NCBI GenBank assembly: GCA_021463505.1
Contig: JAJTYR010000015.1
Span: 2,968 to 66,967, forward strand
Source of the DNA: Burkholderiaceae bacterium
GTDB taxonomy: Bacteria; Pseudomonadota; Gammaproteobacteria; Burkholderiales; Burkholderiaceae_E
Reading direction: 5' to 3'
Length of the DNA: 64,000 bases
The notes under the pieces were generated by a model. That model saw nothing but the letters and a program-made list of their open reading frames with translations, did no database searches and had not been told where the DNA came from. The position numbers were made by a program, and so were the translations under genes. Of the stretch, positions 46,592-57,796 are shown piece after piece; within the stretch, counting starts at the first letter, position 1, and each line of letters opens with the position of its first letter.

Positions 46592-46677
46592 ACGCTCCGG
46601 AGCCGGGCGATGAGTGGGCGGCGGCGTGCGAACCGGGGTGTGCCAGCCCCGGGGCGGCGGATCGGTCCGGGCATCGG

Positions 46678-47961
46678 TCAGCCGCGGATCTCGCCGTGGC
46701 CGAACACGACGTACTTGAGGGAAGTGAGGCCTTCGAGACCGACCGGTCCGCGCGCGTGCAGCTTGTCGGTGGAGATGCCGATCTCGGCGCCCAGACCGTA
46801 TTCGAAGCCGTCGGCGAAGCGCGTGGAGGTGTTGATCATCACCGAGGCGGAGTCGACTTCGCGGACGAAGCGCATCGCGCGGGTGTGGTTCTCGGTGACG
46901 ATCGCGTCGGTGTGCTGCGAGCCGTAGGCGGCGATGTGGTCCATCGCTTCGTCGAGGCCGGCGACCACGCGGATCGACAGGATCGGCGCGAGGTATTCGG
47001 TGCGCCAGTCAGCCTCGGTGGCTTCGTTGCAGGCGATGCCTGCAACGGACAGGATCTTCCGCGCCCGGCCGTCGCCGCGCAGTTCGACCTGCTTGTCCAC
47101 GTAGATGCGCCCGAGCCTGGGCAGCACTTCGGCGGCGACACTTTCGGCGACCAGCAGCGTCTCCATCGTGTTGCACGGCGAATAGCGCTGCGTCTTGGCG
47201 TTGTCGGCGATGCGTACCGCCATGTCGGGGTCGGCGTCGTCGTCGATGTAGACGTGGCAGACGCCGTCGAGGTGCTTGAGCACCGGCACTTTCGAGTCGC
47301 GCGCGATGCGCTCGATCAGCGACTTGCCGCCGCGTGGCACGATCACGTCGACCCATTCCGGATGCGAGATCAGCGCGCCGACGGCAGCGCGATCGGTGGT
47401 CTCGATCACCTGCACCGCGTCCTCGGGAAGTCCGGCGCAGCGCAACCCCTCGCGGATCAGCGCGGCAAGTGCCTGGTTGCTGTGGATCGCCTCGGAGCCG
47501 CCGCGCAGGATGGTGGCGTTGCCCGACTTCACGCACAGGCCGGCCGCGTCGATCGTGACGTTGGGGCGCGATTCGTAGACGATGCCGATCACGCCCAGCG
47601 GCACGCGCATCCGGCCCACCTGGATGCCGGTGGGGCGGTAGCGCAGCTCGAGGATCTCGCCCACCGGATCGGGCAGCGCGGCGATCTGCGCCAGTCCGCT
47701 GGTCATCGACTCGATCACGGCGTCGGTGAGCGCGAGCCGGTCGACGAACGCGGCATCGTGGCCGGCCGCGCGCGCGGCGGCGAGATCCTTCGCGTTGGTG
47801 GCTTTCAGCGCCGCCGCGTCGCGGCGGATCGCCTCGGCCGTGGCGACGAGCGCGCGATCCTTCGCGGCAGTGGAGGCGCGCGCAGTCAGGCGGCTGGCTG
47901 CCCGGGCGCGCCGGCCCACGTCGGCCACATAGGCCTCGATGTCGATCGGATGGCTGTCCAC
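46678..47961 (-). CDS. proA: Glutamate-5-semialdehyde dehydrogenase
   Basis: [31 protein letters not shown] and the catalytic Cys context [12 protein letters not shown] are present. The preferred start is GTG 47961, 2 nt after the holA stop. The track ORF starts at TTG 47976. Confidence 0.92.
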   Translation of the reverse strand: MDSHPIDIEAYVADVGRRARAASRLTARASTAAKDRALVATAEAIRRDAAALKATNAKDLAAARAAGHDAAFVDRLALTDAVIESMTSGLAQIAALPDPVGEILELRYRPTGIQVGRMRVPLGVIGIVYESRPNVTIDAAGLCVKSGNATILRGGSEAIHSNQALAALIREGLRCAGLPEDAVQVIETTDRAAVGALISHPEWVDVIVPRGGKSLIERIARDSKVPVLKHLDGVCHVYIDDDADPDMAVRIADNAKTQRYSPCNTMETLLVAESVAAEVLPRLGRIYVDKQVELRGDGRARKILSVAGIACNEATEADWRTEYLAPILSIRVVAGLDEAMDHIAAYGSQHTDAIVTENHTRAMRFVREVDSASVMINTSTRFADGFEYGLGAEIGISTDKLHARGPVGLEGLTSLKYVVFGHGEIRG

Positions 47962-47962
47962 G

Positions 47963-48985
47963 TCAGTTCCCTGCAAGGATCGGGGCGCCCGCGACCGTCA
48001 TGGCCAGTTCCTGCAACCCGCGCCAGGCGTCGGCCCCGTCGAGACCCTTGATCATTCTATCGGTGCGGGCGGCGCACTGCAGCGCCTCGCGGATCTGGTC
48101 CTCGCCGAGACGCCGCAGCGCCTGCTCGAACAGGTGTTCGCGCGCACCGAACACGCGCGCCTCGCGCATCGCCTGTGCAAGCGGCCGACCCCTGATGCGC
48201 GACTCGACGAGCCTGAGCAGCGTGCGCAGCGCATCGGCGAGCATCCACAGCACCAGCGGTTCGGGAACACCTTCGGCACGCAGACCGTCGAGGGTGCGCA
48301 GTGCGCGCGGCACGTCGCCGGCGAGCATGGCGGCAACCAGGTCCGAGGCGTCGTAGCGCGCGACGTCGAGCACCGCGGCACGGGTCTGCCCGGGTGGCAG
48401 CGCACCCTCCGGAAACAGCAACCCCAGCTTGCCGATCTCCTGGTGCGCCGCGAGCAGGTTGCCCTCGACCCGCTCGGCAATCAGGGCCAGCGTGTCGCGA
48501 TCGGCGCGCTGGTTCTGGCGTGCCAGCCGGGCAGCGATCCACCGCGGCAGTTGTGCGCGCTCGACGGGCCAGACCGGGACAATCAGACCGAGCCGATCGA
48601 GCGCGGCGAACCACGCCGTCTCGGTGATCGCGCGATCGAGCCGCGGCCCGGTGACCAGCAACCGGGTGTCCGCGCCTGCCTGCGCGGCCGCATCGGCGAG
48701 CGCCTGGCCGATCTCCCGGTTTGCCTTGCCCGGAAGGCGCAACTCGAGCAGGCGGCGGCTCGCGAACAGCGACAGCGCGCCGGCTTCGGCGACGAATGCG
48801 TCGGCACGAAAGCCGCGCCCGCCGTCGAACACCCGGCGCTCGTCGAAGCCGGCGTCGCGCAGCGCCCGGCGCACCGCGTCGGCGGCTTCCTGGAGGAGCA
48901 GCGGCTCGTCGCCGTGGACCCACACCAACGGCGGCACGCCGCGCGCCAGCGCCGTGACGAGGCCCTCGGCACGCACCTGCGTCAT
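47963..48985 (-). CDS. holA: DNA polymerase III subunit delta
   Basis: The internal ATG gives [39 protein letters not shown]. The lptE-holA arrangement with an ATGA overlap is as expected. Confidence 0.85.
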   Translation of the reverse strand: MTQVRAEGLVTALARGVPPLVWVHGDEPLLLQEAADAVRRALRDAGFDERRVFDGGRGFRADAFVAEAGALSLFASRRLLELRLPGKANREIGQALADAAAQAGADTRLLVTGPRLDRAITETAWFAALDRLGLIVPVWPVERAQLPRWIAARLARQNQRADRDTLALIAERVEGNLLAAHQEIGKLGLLFPEGALPPGQTRAAVLDVARYDASDLVAAMLAGDVPRALRTLDGLRAEGVPEPLVLWMLADALRTLLRLVESRIRGRPLAQAMREARVFGAREHLFEQALRRLGEDQIREALQCAARTDRMIKGLDGADAWRGLQELAMTVAGAPILAGN

Positions 48986-49545
48986 CGTGGGATCGCGGCG
49001 AGCCGTCGCAGCAGTTGCTGCACCAGATCGGACTGCATCTCGCGATACAGCAGCTCCTCCTCCTGCTGCTTCGAGACGAGCTCGATGTCGCTCGAGGTGA
49101 TGTCGCGGCGCAGGATGATCTCGGTGGGTGCGAGCAATGGCTGGCCGTCGCGATCGACCACGCGAAACGTGAAGCGCAGACGCAACTGGTATTCGCGCGG
49201 CCGCCCCGTGCCCGAGAAACCGACGACCTCCTTCTCGCGAGATTCGCGGATCACCTCGAGCCGTGCCTCGGCCGCTGCCGGATCGTCGACGAGCCGCGTG
49301 TCCTCGGCCACGCGCACCAGACGACGGAATTCGGCGCCAATCGCGGAAGTCGGCGCGAAGCCGGTGTGGAGCGTGCGAAACGGCAGCGCGGCCGAACGGC
49401 GCAGCTGGAAGCCGCACCCGGTGGTGGTGATCGTCATCGATGCCAATGCGATCGTGAGTGCGCGCCGCCGCAGCGTGCGCGGTGCCGATGCGGCGGCGCC
49501 GGCCCCGGGATGGTGCGGCGTATCGCCGGGTCGCGCAGCAGGCAT
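48982..49545 (-). CDS. lptE: LPS-assembly lipoprotein LptE
   Basis: The lipobox is TTTGCGF, followed by LRRSAALPFRTLH. It occupies the conserved position between leuS and holA. Confidence 0.82.
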   Translation of the reverse strand: MPAARPGDTPHHPGAGAAASAPRTLRRRALTIALASMTITTTGCGFQLRRSAALPFRTLHTGFAPTSAIGAEFRRLVRVAEDTRLVDDPAAAEARLEVIRESREKEVVGFSGTGRPREYQLRLRFTFRVVDRDGQPLLAPTEIILRRDITSSDIELVSKQQEEELLYREMQSDLVQQLLRRLAAIPR

Positions 49546-49557
49546 CGCCGTTCGGGT

Positions 49558-52230
49558 TCAGACGACGACGTTGACCAGACGGCCAGGCACCACGACGACC
49601 TTGCGCGCGGCACGGCCCTCGGCGTGACGCGCGAAGGCTTCGGTGGCCACGGCGGCGGCCTCGATCGCGGTGCGATCGGCCTGCATCGGCACACGCACCG
49701 CGCCGCGCACCTTGCCGTTGATCTGCAGCACCAGCTCGATTTCGTCCTGCGCGAGTGCAGCCTCGTCCACCTGCGGCCACGGCGCATCGAGCAGATCGCC
49801 GTGGCCGCGCGCCAGGCCGAGTTCGCTCCAGAGCACGTGGGTGACGTGCGGCACCACCGGGTAGAGCACCCGGATCAGGATCGACAGCGCCTCGCGCATC
49901 ACCCCGGTGGCTTCACGCGAGGGTGCCAGCTTCGCGTTCTCGATCGCGTTGAGCATCTTCATCGCTGCCGAGACGACCGTGTTGTACTGCCGGCGCTGGT
50001 AATCGTAGTTGGCCTGGCGCAGGATCGTGTGGATTTCGCGGCGCAGCGCCCTGTGGGCGTCGGACAGTTGCGCCGGTTCGAGCGGCTCGGGCGCCGCTGC
50101 CGAAAGGTCCGCGTGCTGCCCGAACGCGCAGGCCCAGAGCCGGCGCAGGAAGCGCTGCGCGCCTTCTACCCCGGCACCCGACCACTCGAGCGTCTGCTCC
50201 GGGGGCGAGGCGAACATCACGAACAGCCGCGCGGTGTCGGCGCCGTAGCGGTTGATCAGCGACTGGGGGTCCACGCCGTTGTTCCTGCTCTTGGACATCG
50301 TCCCGATGCCGTTGTAGTCGACCGGCAACCCGTCGGTTTTCGAGCGACAGCCCATCGGTTTGCCCGATTCGTCGTGAATCCACTCGATGTCGTCGGGCCA
50401 GAAGTATTCGATGCCACCCCTGTCGGTCTTGCGCGAGAAGATGTGGTTGAGCACCATGCCCTGGCACAGCAGGTTGCTGAACGGCTCGTCGAAGCACACG
50501 AGTCCGCGCTGCGGGTCGCCGGGAAAGTCGCCCTTCAGGTCGCGCATCACCTTGGTCCAGAAGCGCGCGTACAGCAGGTGCAGCACCGCGTGTTCGATGC
50601 CACCGATGTACTGGTCCATCGGCATCCAGTAGTCGTTGCGCTCGTCGACCATCGCCCGATCGTTGTCGGGCGCGCAGTAGCGCATGTAGTACCACGACGA
50701 GTCGACGAAGGTGTCCATCGTGTCGGTTTCGCGCCGCGCCGGCCTGCCGCACTTCGGGCACGCGCACTTCAGGAAGCGTTCGTCCTTCGCCAGCGGATTG
50801 CCGCTGCCGTCGGGCACCAGGTCTTCGGGCAATACCACCGGCAGGTCTTCGTAGCCGACCGGCACCGCGCCACAGGCGTCGCAGTGGATGATCGGGATCG
50901 GCGTGCCCCAGTAGCGCTGGCGCGAGATGCCCCAGTCGCGCAGCCGGTACTGGATGCGCTTTTCGCCCAACCCCTTCGCTGCGAGATCGGCGGCGATCGC
51001 ATCGACCGCGGCCGCGTGCGCCAGGCCGTCGTAGCGGCCCGAGTTCACGCAGTGGCCGTTGGCCTTGTCTTCGTACCAGGCCTGCCAGGTCTGGTCGGAG
51101 AACGCCTGGCCCTGCACGTCGATGACCTGCCGGATCGGCAGGCCGAACCGGCGCGCGAACGTGAAGTCGCGTTCGTCGTGCGCGGGCACGCCCATCACCG
51201 CGCCGTCGCCGTAACTCATCAGCACGTAGTTGCCGACCCAGACTTCGACGGGCTCGCCGGTGAGCGGATGGCGGACGAACAGGCCGGTGCGCCGGCCGTC
51301 CTTCTCGCGCGTGGCCAGTTCGGCTTCGGTGACGCCCCCGCGCTTGCACGCCTCGACGAACGCGGCGAGCGCGGTGTCGCTCGCGGCTGCTGCGGCGGCG
51401 ATCGGATGCTCCGGGGCCACCGCCACGAAGGTCACGCCCATGATCGTGTCGGCGCGTGTGGTGAACACATACATGCGCCCGTCGCCGATCAGCGTCCCTT
51501 GCGCGTCGCGGATCTCGTGCGGGAACGCGAAGCGCACCCCGGTCGAGCGGCCGATCCAGTTCTCCTGCATCAGCTTGACCCGCTCGGGCCAGCCGATTCC
51601 GGCCAGGTCGGCGAGCAGTTCCTCGGCGTAGCGCGTGATGCCGAGGTAGTACATCGGGATCTCGCGTTTCTCGACGAGTGCGCCGGAGCGCCAGCCGCGA
51701 CCGTCGATCACCTGCTCGTTGGCGAGCACCGTCTGGTCGGCCGGGTCCCAGTTCACGGTGCCGGTCTTCAGGTAGGCGATGCCGTGCTCGAGCATCTTCA
51801 GGAACAGCCACTGGTTCCACTTGTAGTAGTCGGCCGAGCAGGTGGCGACTTCGCGGGTCCAGTCGATCGCCAGCCCCATCGCCTGCATCTGAGACTTCAT
51901 GTGCGCGATGTTGTCCCAAGTCCACTTCGCGGGCGCCACGCCATTCTTCATCGCCGCGTTCTCGGCGGGCAGCCCGAACGCGTCCCAGCCCATCGGCATC
52001 AGCACATTGAACCCGTTCATCCGCAGATGCCGGTACATCACGTCGTTGATCGTGTAGTTGCGCACGTGGCCCATGTGCAGCTTGCCCGACGGGTAGGGCA
52101 GCATCGAGCAGGCGTAGAACTTGCCCTTCGGGAAGCGCGGGTCGTGCTCGATTGCGCGGTAGGCGTCGATCGCCGCCCAATGCGCCTGGGCGGCCGCTTC
52201 GACCGCGGCGGCATCGTACTTTTCGTGCAT
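49558..52230 (-). CDS. leuS: Leucine--tRNA ligase
   Basis: 890 aa. The HIGH motif ([15 protein letters not shown]) and the KMSKS motif (TMSKSRNN) are present, along with a CP1 editing domain. Confidence 0.97.
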   Translation of the reverse strand: MHEKYDAAAVEAAAQAHWAAIDAYRAIEHDPRFPKGKFYACSMLPYPSGKLHMGHVRNYTINDVMYRHLRMNGFNVLMPMGWDAFGLPAENAAMKNGVAPAKWTWDNIAHMKSQMQAMGLAIDWTREVATCSADYYKWNQWLFLKMLEHGIAYLKTGTVNWDPADQTVLANEQVIDGRGWRSGALVEKREIPMYYLGITRYAEELLADLAGIGWPERVKLMQENWIGRSTGVRFAFPHEIRDAQGTLIGDGRMYVFTTRADTIMGVTFVAVAPEHPIAAAAAASDTALAAFVEACKRGGVTEAELATREKDGRRTGLFVRHPLTGEPVEVWVGNYVLMSYGDGAVMGVPAHDERDFTFARRFGLPIRQVIDVQGQAFSDQTWQAWYEDKANGHCVNSGRYDGLAHAAAVDAIAADLAAKGLGEKRIQYRLRDWGISRQRYWGTPIPIIHCDACGAVPVGYEDLPVVLPEDLVPDGSGNPLAKDERFLKCACPKCGRPARRETDTMDTFVDSSWYYMRYCAPDNDRAMVDERNDYWMPMDQYIGGIEHAVLHLLYARFWTKVMRDLKGDFPGDPQRGLVCFDEPFSNLLCQGMVLNHIFSRKTDRGGIEYFWPDDIEWIHDESGKPMGCRSKTDGLPVDYNGIGTMSKSRNNGVDPQSLINRYGADTARLFVMFASPPEQTLEWSGAGVEGAQRFLRRLWACAFGQHADLSAAAPEPLEPAQLSDAHRALRREIHTILRQANYDYQRRQYNTVVSAAMKMLNAIENAKLAPSREATGVMREALSILIRVLYPVVPHVTHVLWSELGLARGHGDLLDAPWPQVDEAALAQDEIELVLQINGKVRGAVRVPMQADRTAIEAAAVATEAFARHAEGRAARKVVVVPGRLVNVVV

Positions 52231-52334
52231 GGTGCTGGGAGATCCGGGGGGGTCGCCGGCGCGGGGCCGGATAAACCCTTGATTTTACACGCGGCAATGC
52301 TGCGACCGGCAGCCGCGCAGAGACGTCCAGGACC

Positions 52335-52466
52335 TTATGGGCGCGAATCGCGATCGGGCCCGTCCGCCTTGTCGGACGATCGTTTCCAGTTCCTGATGCC
52401 CCACCACGCGAGTGCGATGAATGCAGCCAGGTTGATCCCTATGCCCGCGATCCAGAAGCCGGTCAA
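52335..52466 (-). CDS. Possible 43-aa single-TM small protein (TTG start); speculative
   Basis: Own translation: (M)TGFWIAGIGINLAAFIALAWWGIRNWKRSSDKADGPDRDSRP-stop, with GGAGAG 7 nt upstream. It is below the ORF-track length cutoff, and I know of no homology. Confidence 0.25.
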   Translation of the reverse strand: MTGFWIAGIGINLAAFIALAWWGIRNWKRSSDKADGPDRDSRP

Positions 52467-52502
52467 GTCGATCTCTCCAGAGCCGATGCCTTCGACTCGC
52501 TC

Positions 52503-53414
52503 TCATGCCGCGAGTGGGCCCGTATTATCGACCAGGTTCGCGCGCTCGACGACGTCGTATGCATCCAGCCAGGGCAGCGAGCAGCGCCGCGTGTGGGCCG
52601 AGCAGGGCGGCGGGCTTCGTGTAGTCCTTGCAGTTCTTGCCCCATCCGAACTCCGGATCGGCGAAGTCGCCCTGGTGGCAATACGGGAAACCGAAGTGCT
52701 GCTTGCCCGGCTGGCTGACACGGTTCGGTTCGTCATTGGGCATGTCTTCGGACAGCCAGTCGCGCTGGTTGTCGCCGAACCAGAGCTCGCCGGTCTTCGG
52801 ATGGAAGTCGAGGCCGACGGTGTTGCGCACGCCGCGCGCCACGGTCTCCTCGCCGCTGCCGTCGAGGTTGATCCGGAAGATTCGCGCGTACTGCTCCGAC
52901 TCACCGGCGCCGGAAGCCTGTCGAGGTTCGACTCGACGTCGTCGTAGCGAACGATTTCCTTCGGCGTGGCGACATACAGCGCACCCTTGTGGAACTCGAT
53001 GCCGTTCGGAAGCATCTGCTTCTCGAGGAGGGTCTTCACCTCGCGCTTGCCGCCCTTGTCGGTGATCGCATGGACCTTGCCGGCCACGAACAGCGAGCTC
53101 ACGAAGACCGTGCCCTTGTCGCCCTGGCGCATCCCGCGGGCGTCGAGCACGTCGCTGGCCCAGACTTCGGCCTTGAAGCCGGGCGGCAGCTTCATCTTCG
53201 ACACAGGAAGCCTGTCGGCCGGTGTCGGGATCGGGAACGCCGGTACCGGCGCCATCTTCATCGCGGTGTCGGTGGCCGGTCGGCCCTTGGCCCAGAACGG
53301 CTCCTCCTCCTTCTTCGCCTCGGTCTGCGCGTGCGCAGCCAGCGGCAACCCGACGAGCATCGTGAACAGGGCAGCGAGCACCGGCCGGCTGCCTCGCAAG
53401 GAAAGCATGTTCAT
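52503..53414 (-). pseudogene. Decayed PQQ-dependent sugar (sorbosone) dehydrogenase-family gene, with an internal deletion/frameshift and a missing 3' part
   Basis: The N-terminal part with signal peptide (MNMLSLRG...LPNGIEFHKGALYVATPKEIVRYDDVESNLDRLPAP) is in one frame. The continuation (GESEQYARIFRINLDGSGEETVARGVRNTVGLDFHPKTGELWFGDNQRDWLSEDMPNDEPN...HFGFPYCHQGDFADPEFG...LLGPHAA) is in another frame, with the junction near 52905. The conserved C-terminal third is absent. Confidence 0.7.
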
Positions 53415-53575
53415 CGGACTCCTCCCGGGTGTGTTCGTTGTCGCGCGCTTCCGGACTGCGCGACCGCGGCGCGCTTGCGCGAGCGCCGTCCGGGGCGGTC
53501 GAAAAGCGTAGCGCAGTTCGGCCAGGCCGGCATCGGCTTTCGCCATGCCACGTTCCCCAGACCGCACCGGCGGCG

Positions 53576-55693
53576 TCAGAACGTGTAGCTCGCCCGCGCG
53601 CCGACCAGCCAGTTGCGCCACGGCGCCGGCTCGTAGTAGCGCCCGTTGGCGGCGTTGACGATGACCGAGCCGACGTAGCGGGTGTCGGAGAGATTGTCGA
53701 CGCGCACGAACGGCGAGAGCCGCAGGCGGCCGAAGCGCCAGTCGAATCCGGCGCGCCAGCCGAGCACCGCATGCGAGCCGGCGTATTCCGAGTTCGCGTC
53801 GTCGGCGGCCAGTTTCGCGGCCCAGCGACCTTCGACGCCCGTGACGAAGCCGCTCGCCGCATCGCGCCAGACCAGTTCGGCGTAGAGCGACGACCTGGGC
53901 ACTCCCGGTATCGCGTTGCCGGAGAGATCGGTTCCGGAAGTGCTCAGGTAATCGCGGAACTTCGCGTCGACCAGGGTCCACGCGAGGCTGCCGCTGAATC
54001 CGGCGCCGAGCTCCGATTCCATCCCCAACTCGATGCCGCGCCGGGCGGTGCGCGCCGCATTGCGGAAGGTCGTGCGCCCGCCCGTATTGACGTCCGGCAC
54101 GATGTCGTTGCGCGTCGTCGTGCGGAATACTGCGAGGTTCAGGCGGCCGGCGCGCCCGAACATCATCCTGATACCGGCCTCGTGGTTCGTGCTTCGACTC
54201 GGCTCGAGCGCGAATTTCAGCCCCGGAACGCCGTCGGGACGGTACGCCAGCTCGGCGAAGGTCGGGGTCTCGAAGCCGCGGCCGACCGACGCATAGAGGT
54301 CGACCGTGTCGCTGAGTGCATGCAGAAGGCCGATGACAGGGTTGGTCGCGGCGTAGCGTTTGCTGCCCGAATCGTCCGGATTGAATGCAGTCACGAAATC
54401 GTCTCGCACGTCGAACGAGACGCTCGATCGACGCACGCCGCCCGACAGCTTCCAGTCGGGGGCGAACCACCACTCGGCGATCGCGTAATGGCCCAGGCTC
54501 GCCGCCGTGTCCATTTCGTTGCGGCGCAGGGCACCGGCCACGCCCGACGCGTTCACGTAGCCGCGGCGACGCTCCTGCATCCGGTCGCCATCGATGCCGA
54601 GCATGATGTCGAGATGCCCGCCGGCCAGCACAGCCGAGTGCGTCCATTGCAGGCTGGCGCCGCCGAAGCTGCGGTCGAGGTCGACCACGCCGCCCGAGGA
54701 CGATGCTGCGGCCCCGCTGAAGGCGAGAAACTGCGTGACCTGACGCGCGCCGAGATGGCCGCGCAGCGTGAGCGTGTCGCGCGCACCGAGCCGGCTCTGC
54801 CAGGACAATCCGAGTTGTCGATGCTGCACGCTCTTGCGCGTGTCGAAGGCGATGGCACCGGTACCGGCCTGCCGGGGGTTTTGCTTCACCTGCTGCCGGG
54901 TGAGCCCCAGCGGATCTGCCGTATCGGGTTGGTCAAGCACCGTGGCGTCGAGTGCGAATCGGTTGTCCGGATTGCCGACATAGGTCAACCGGGCGCTGGC
55001 GAGGTCGCGCCGCGTACGGCTGTGCTCACGATAGCCGTCGGTGTCGAAGCGCGACGCGTCCGCGCGCACACCGACCGCGCCGATCGTGTCGCCGACGCCG
55101 GCGCCGGATTTCCACGCGCCGAAGCTGCCGCCGTGTCCCGTGGCCCGCCAGGTCGGGTGCTGCGGCGGATCGCCGGTGAACACGGAGACCAGGCCGCCGG
55201 AGGCATTGCCGTAGAGCGCGGCGAACGGTCCGCGCAGGACCTCGATGCGCTCGGCGGCTTCCAGGTCGAACAGGCCGGTCTGGCCCTGGCCGTCGGGGGC
55301 GGTGAACGGAATGCCGTCCTGCAGCAGTCGCACACCGCGCACGCCGAAGGCCGCGCGCGCGCCGAACCCCCGCGACGACAGTTGCAGGTCCTGGGCGAAG
55401 TTTTCGCGCTTGCGGGCGCGGATGCCCGGAATGCGGCCGAGCGACTCCGACAGGTCGATGCCGGGCATCTGTTGGCGGATTGCGTCGCGGCCGATTGCGT
55501 CGATCGCCGCCGGCGCATCGAAGCTGCGCTGTTCGATGCGCGTGGCGCTGACGGTCACCGGATCGAGCCCGCCGGATGCGCCTCGTGCCGGCCGGGGTTG
55601 CTGTGCCTGGGCGCAGGCGGCGATCGACAGGAGGGCCGCCGCGCCTCGCCGCGCCCATGCGGGGTGCTCCCCGCCTCCGTTTCGCCGCTTCAT
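53576..55693 (-). CDS. TonB-dependent outer-membrane receptor
   Basis: It starts MKRRNGGGEHPAWARRGAAALLSIAACAQA (signal peptide). The plug region contains DPVTVSATRIEQ...IEVLRGPFAALYGNASGG. The C-terminal beta-barrel ends in ARASYTF. Confidence 0.9.
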   Translation of the reverse strand: MKRRNGGGEHPAWARRGAAALLSIAACAQAQQPRPARGASGGLDPVTVSATRIEQRSFDAPAAIDAIGRDAIRQQMPGIDLSESLGRIPGIRARKRENFAQDLQLSSRGFGARAAFGVRGVRLLQDGIPFTAPDGQGQTGLFDLEAAERIEVLRGPFAALYGNASGGLVSVFTGDPPQHPTWRATGHGGSFGAWKSGAGVGDTIGAVGVRADASRFDTDGYREHSRTRRDLASARLTYVGNPDNRFALDATVLDQPDTADPLGLTRQQVKQNPRQAGTGAIAFDTRKSVQHRQLGLSWQSRLGARDTLTLRGHLGARQVTQFLAFSGAAASSSGGVVDLDRSFGGASLQWTHSAVLAGGHLDIMLGIDGDRMQERRRGYVNASGVAGALRRNEMDTAASLGHYAIAEWWFAPDWKLSGGVRRSSVSFDVRDDFVTAFNPDDSGSKRYAATNPVIGLLHALSDTVDLYASVGRGFETPTFAELAYRPDGVPGLKFALEPSRSTNHEAGIRMMFGRAGRLNLAVFRTTTRNDIVPDVNTGGRTTFRNAARTARRGIELGMESELGAGFSGSLAWTLVDAKFRDYLSTSGTDLSGNAIPGVPRSSLYAELVWRDAASGFVTGVEGRWAAKLAADDANSEYAGSHAVLGWRAGFDWRFGRLRLSPFVRVDNLSDTRYVGSVIVNAANGRYYEPAPWRNWLVGARASYTF

Positions 55694-55851
55694 GGGCCTT
55701 GCCGCCGCAGTGTCGCGTGAGCATGCGCTGGCCGGCAGATGCGACCAGGCGTCGGGGACGGGCGTGCTGCGCGCGGCGACCCGGATGCCGACAGGGCGCA
55801 ACTTGGCTTATGCTTGCGCTGCAGCACCCACCGTTCGAGGAGGCGTCCCGC

Positions 55852-56664
55852 ATGTACGATCGAATCCTGGTGCCCGTCGACGGGTCCCCTTTTTCCGAGG
55901 AAGTGCTGCCGCACGCACTCGGCATCGTCCGCGCCACCGGCGTGGCGCTGTCGCTGTTGCAGGTGGTCGACCGTGAAGACGAACAGGCCGAGGCCGCCCG
56001 CTACGTCGGGGCGCTCGCATCGGAAATGGGGGCCGACGGGCGCGTGCTCGTAGCCCGCGGCGACCCGGCCGAAACCATCCTCGCCGAAGCGCGGCGCGTG
56101 CCGGGTACGCTGATCGCGATGACGTCGCATGGCCACAGCGGCCTGATGGAAGCGATGATGGGGAGCGTGGCGATGCGCATCGTGCGCACCGGTGGCGACC
56201 CGGTCATTCTCTACCGGCCACGTGGCGTGGCCGTGGAGGGGCGACGGCAGGCAGTGAAGGTCAACTGCGTGCTGCTGCCGCTCGACGGCACCCAGGTCTC
56301 GGAAGCGATGGCGTCGCAGGCCGCCGGGATGGCTCAGTGGCTCGGCGCCGACCTCAACCTGGTCCAGGCGATCACGCCCGAGGCCCGGCCGGCTGCCGAC
56401 ATCCCGGCCGGCGACGTGATGGAGTCGTCGTACGTGCGCACCCGCGCCGACGACTATCGGACACGATACGGCGTACGCACCAGCTGGGAAGTGCTGCATG
56501 GCGATCCGGCCGACGCGATCGCGCGTTACCTGGACGGGCGCCGCGACGTGCTGCTTGCGATGGCCACGCGTGCCCGGCGCCCGTTCGAGGCCGCGATCCT
56601 CGGCAGCGTCACCGCCGGCTGCCTGCAGAAGTGCGGCGTGCCGATCGTCACGCGCCTGCCTTGA
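55852..56664 (+). CDS. Tandem universal stress protein (two UspA domains)
   Basis: It starts MYDRILVPVDGSPFSEEVL after a GAGGAGG RBS. A second repeat begins LLPLDGTQVSEAM. G-x2-G-x9-GS-like motifs are present (GHSGLMEAMMGSVA, ILGSVT). Confidence 0.82.
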   Translation: MYDRILVPVDGSPFSEEVLPHALGIVRATGVALSLLQVVDREDEQAEAARYVGALASEMGADGRVLVARGDPAETILAEARRVPGTLIAMTSHGHSGLMEAMMGSVAMRIVRTGGDPVILYRPRGVAVEGRRQAVKVNCVLLPLDGTQVSEAMASQAAGMAQWLGADLNLVQAITPEARPAADIPAGDVMESSYVRTRADDYRTRYGVRTSWEVLHGDPADAIARYLDGRRDVLLAMATRARRPFEAAILGSVTAGCLQKCGVPIVTRLP

Positions 56665-56713
56665 GCCGTCGGCAGCGCAGGTTCAGCGCTGCGCCCGGGC
56701 AGCAGGCCGGGCG

Positions 56714-57676
56714 TTATTGCGTGAAGCCCGATTTCCGGACCACCGGTTCCCACTGCGCGCGATAGGACGCCAGCATCGACGCCGTCTGTTCGGGCGTGGC
56801 CGATACGGGTTCCATGCTCGACGCTTCGAACTTCGCGCGCGTTTCCTTCTCGCGCATCACGTCGCGAATCGCCAGGCCGATGCGCTGGACGACGTCTTTC
56901 GGCATCGAGGACGGTGCGAACATCGCGTTCCAGCCGGTGGCCACCGTCCCGAGGCCCGACTCGCGCAGCGTCGGAATCGACGGCGCCATCGACGATCGCT
57001 TTGCGCCGGCCATCGCGAGGATGCGCAATTTGCCGCCCGACAGGTGCGGCAGCAACGCATCCAGCGTATCCACCGCCACCGGGATCGTTCCGGCCATCAG
57101 GTCGGTGATCGATGGTGCAGAGCCGCGATAGCCGATGATCTGCGGCTTGACGCCGATCGAGTCGCTGATCATCAGCGCGAAGAAGTGCGGCAGGCTGCCC
57201 GTGGCGGGCACGCCGAAATTGGCTTTCTCGGGGTTGGCCCGAAGCCAGGCTGCCAGGTGATTGAATTCGCGCACCGGCACCGCCGAGCCGACCGCAACCG
57301 CAAAGTCGTAGTTGGTGACGTGCGAGACCGGGACGAAGTCACGCCGCGCATCGTAGCCGACGTCGCGAAAGACAACCGGCGCGACCACCATGAGTGCGGG
57401 ATTGGCCACCACCAGCACGTGTTGACCCGCCGGCGTCGTCTTCAGTTGCTGCATCGCCAGACGTCCGCCGGCGCCGGTGCGGTTTTCCACCACGACGGTC
57501 ACGCCCAGCCTGTCCTTCAATCGGTCGGCGACCAGCCTTGCGGCGCGATCCGATGCGCCGCCCGGCGCATACGGAACGACGATGCGCAGACTGCCGTCCA
57601 GGGGCTGCGCGGGAGCCGGTGACGGGGCGCCGAGCGACAGGATCGCGGCCAGCCAGAGCATCGATGCGGTCTTCAT
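56714..57676 (-). CDS. Bug-family (TctC-like) tripartite tricarboxylate transporter substrate-binding protein
   Basis: A signal peptide MKTASMLWLAAILSLGAPSPAPA is followed by LRIVVPYAPGGASDRAARLVADRL...VVVENRTGAGG. Confidence 0.88.
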   Translation of the reverse strand: MKTASMLWLAAILSLGAPSPAPAQPLDGSLRIVVPYAPGGASDRAARLVADRLKDRLGVTVVVENRTGAGGRLAMQQLKTTPAGQHVLVVANPALMVVAPVVFRDVGYDARRDFVPVSHVTNYDFAVAVGSAVPVREFNHLAAWLRANPEKANFGVPATGSLPHFFALMISDSIGVKPQIIGYRGSAPSITDLMAGTIPVAVDTLDALLPHLSGGKLRILAMAGAKRSSMAPSIPTLRESGLGTVATGWNAMFAPSSMPKDVVQRIGLAIRDVMREKETRAKFEASSMEPVSATPEQTASMLASYRAQWEPVVRKSGFTQ

Positions 57677-57796
57677 GGGGTGCCCTCGTCGTTCTCGGGT
57701 GGCCAGGAGGCTGCCCGCTCGATCGCGATTGTCGCCGATGGTCATCGGCGCAACTACCCCGGAATACCCGATGGCACTTTCTGCATAATGTGATCC

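Noticed and set aside
49015-52947. 1310-aa ORF on the plus strand
   Set aside because: It is antisense to leuS, whose product has clear HIGH/KMSKS motifs. Its translation is an Arg/Ala/Gly/His/Val-rich low-complexity string with no recognisable domains. Long stop-free antisense frames are expected at about 70% GC.
55694-55851. Looked for a cobalamin or other riboswitch, or a Fur box, upstream of the TonB-dependent receptor
   Set aside because: The divergent gap is only about 158 nt. It contains no B12-box-like element and no GATAAT-type Fur repeat that I could see.
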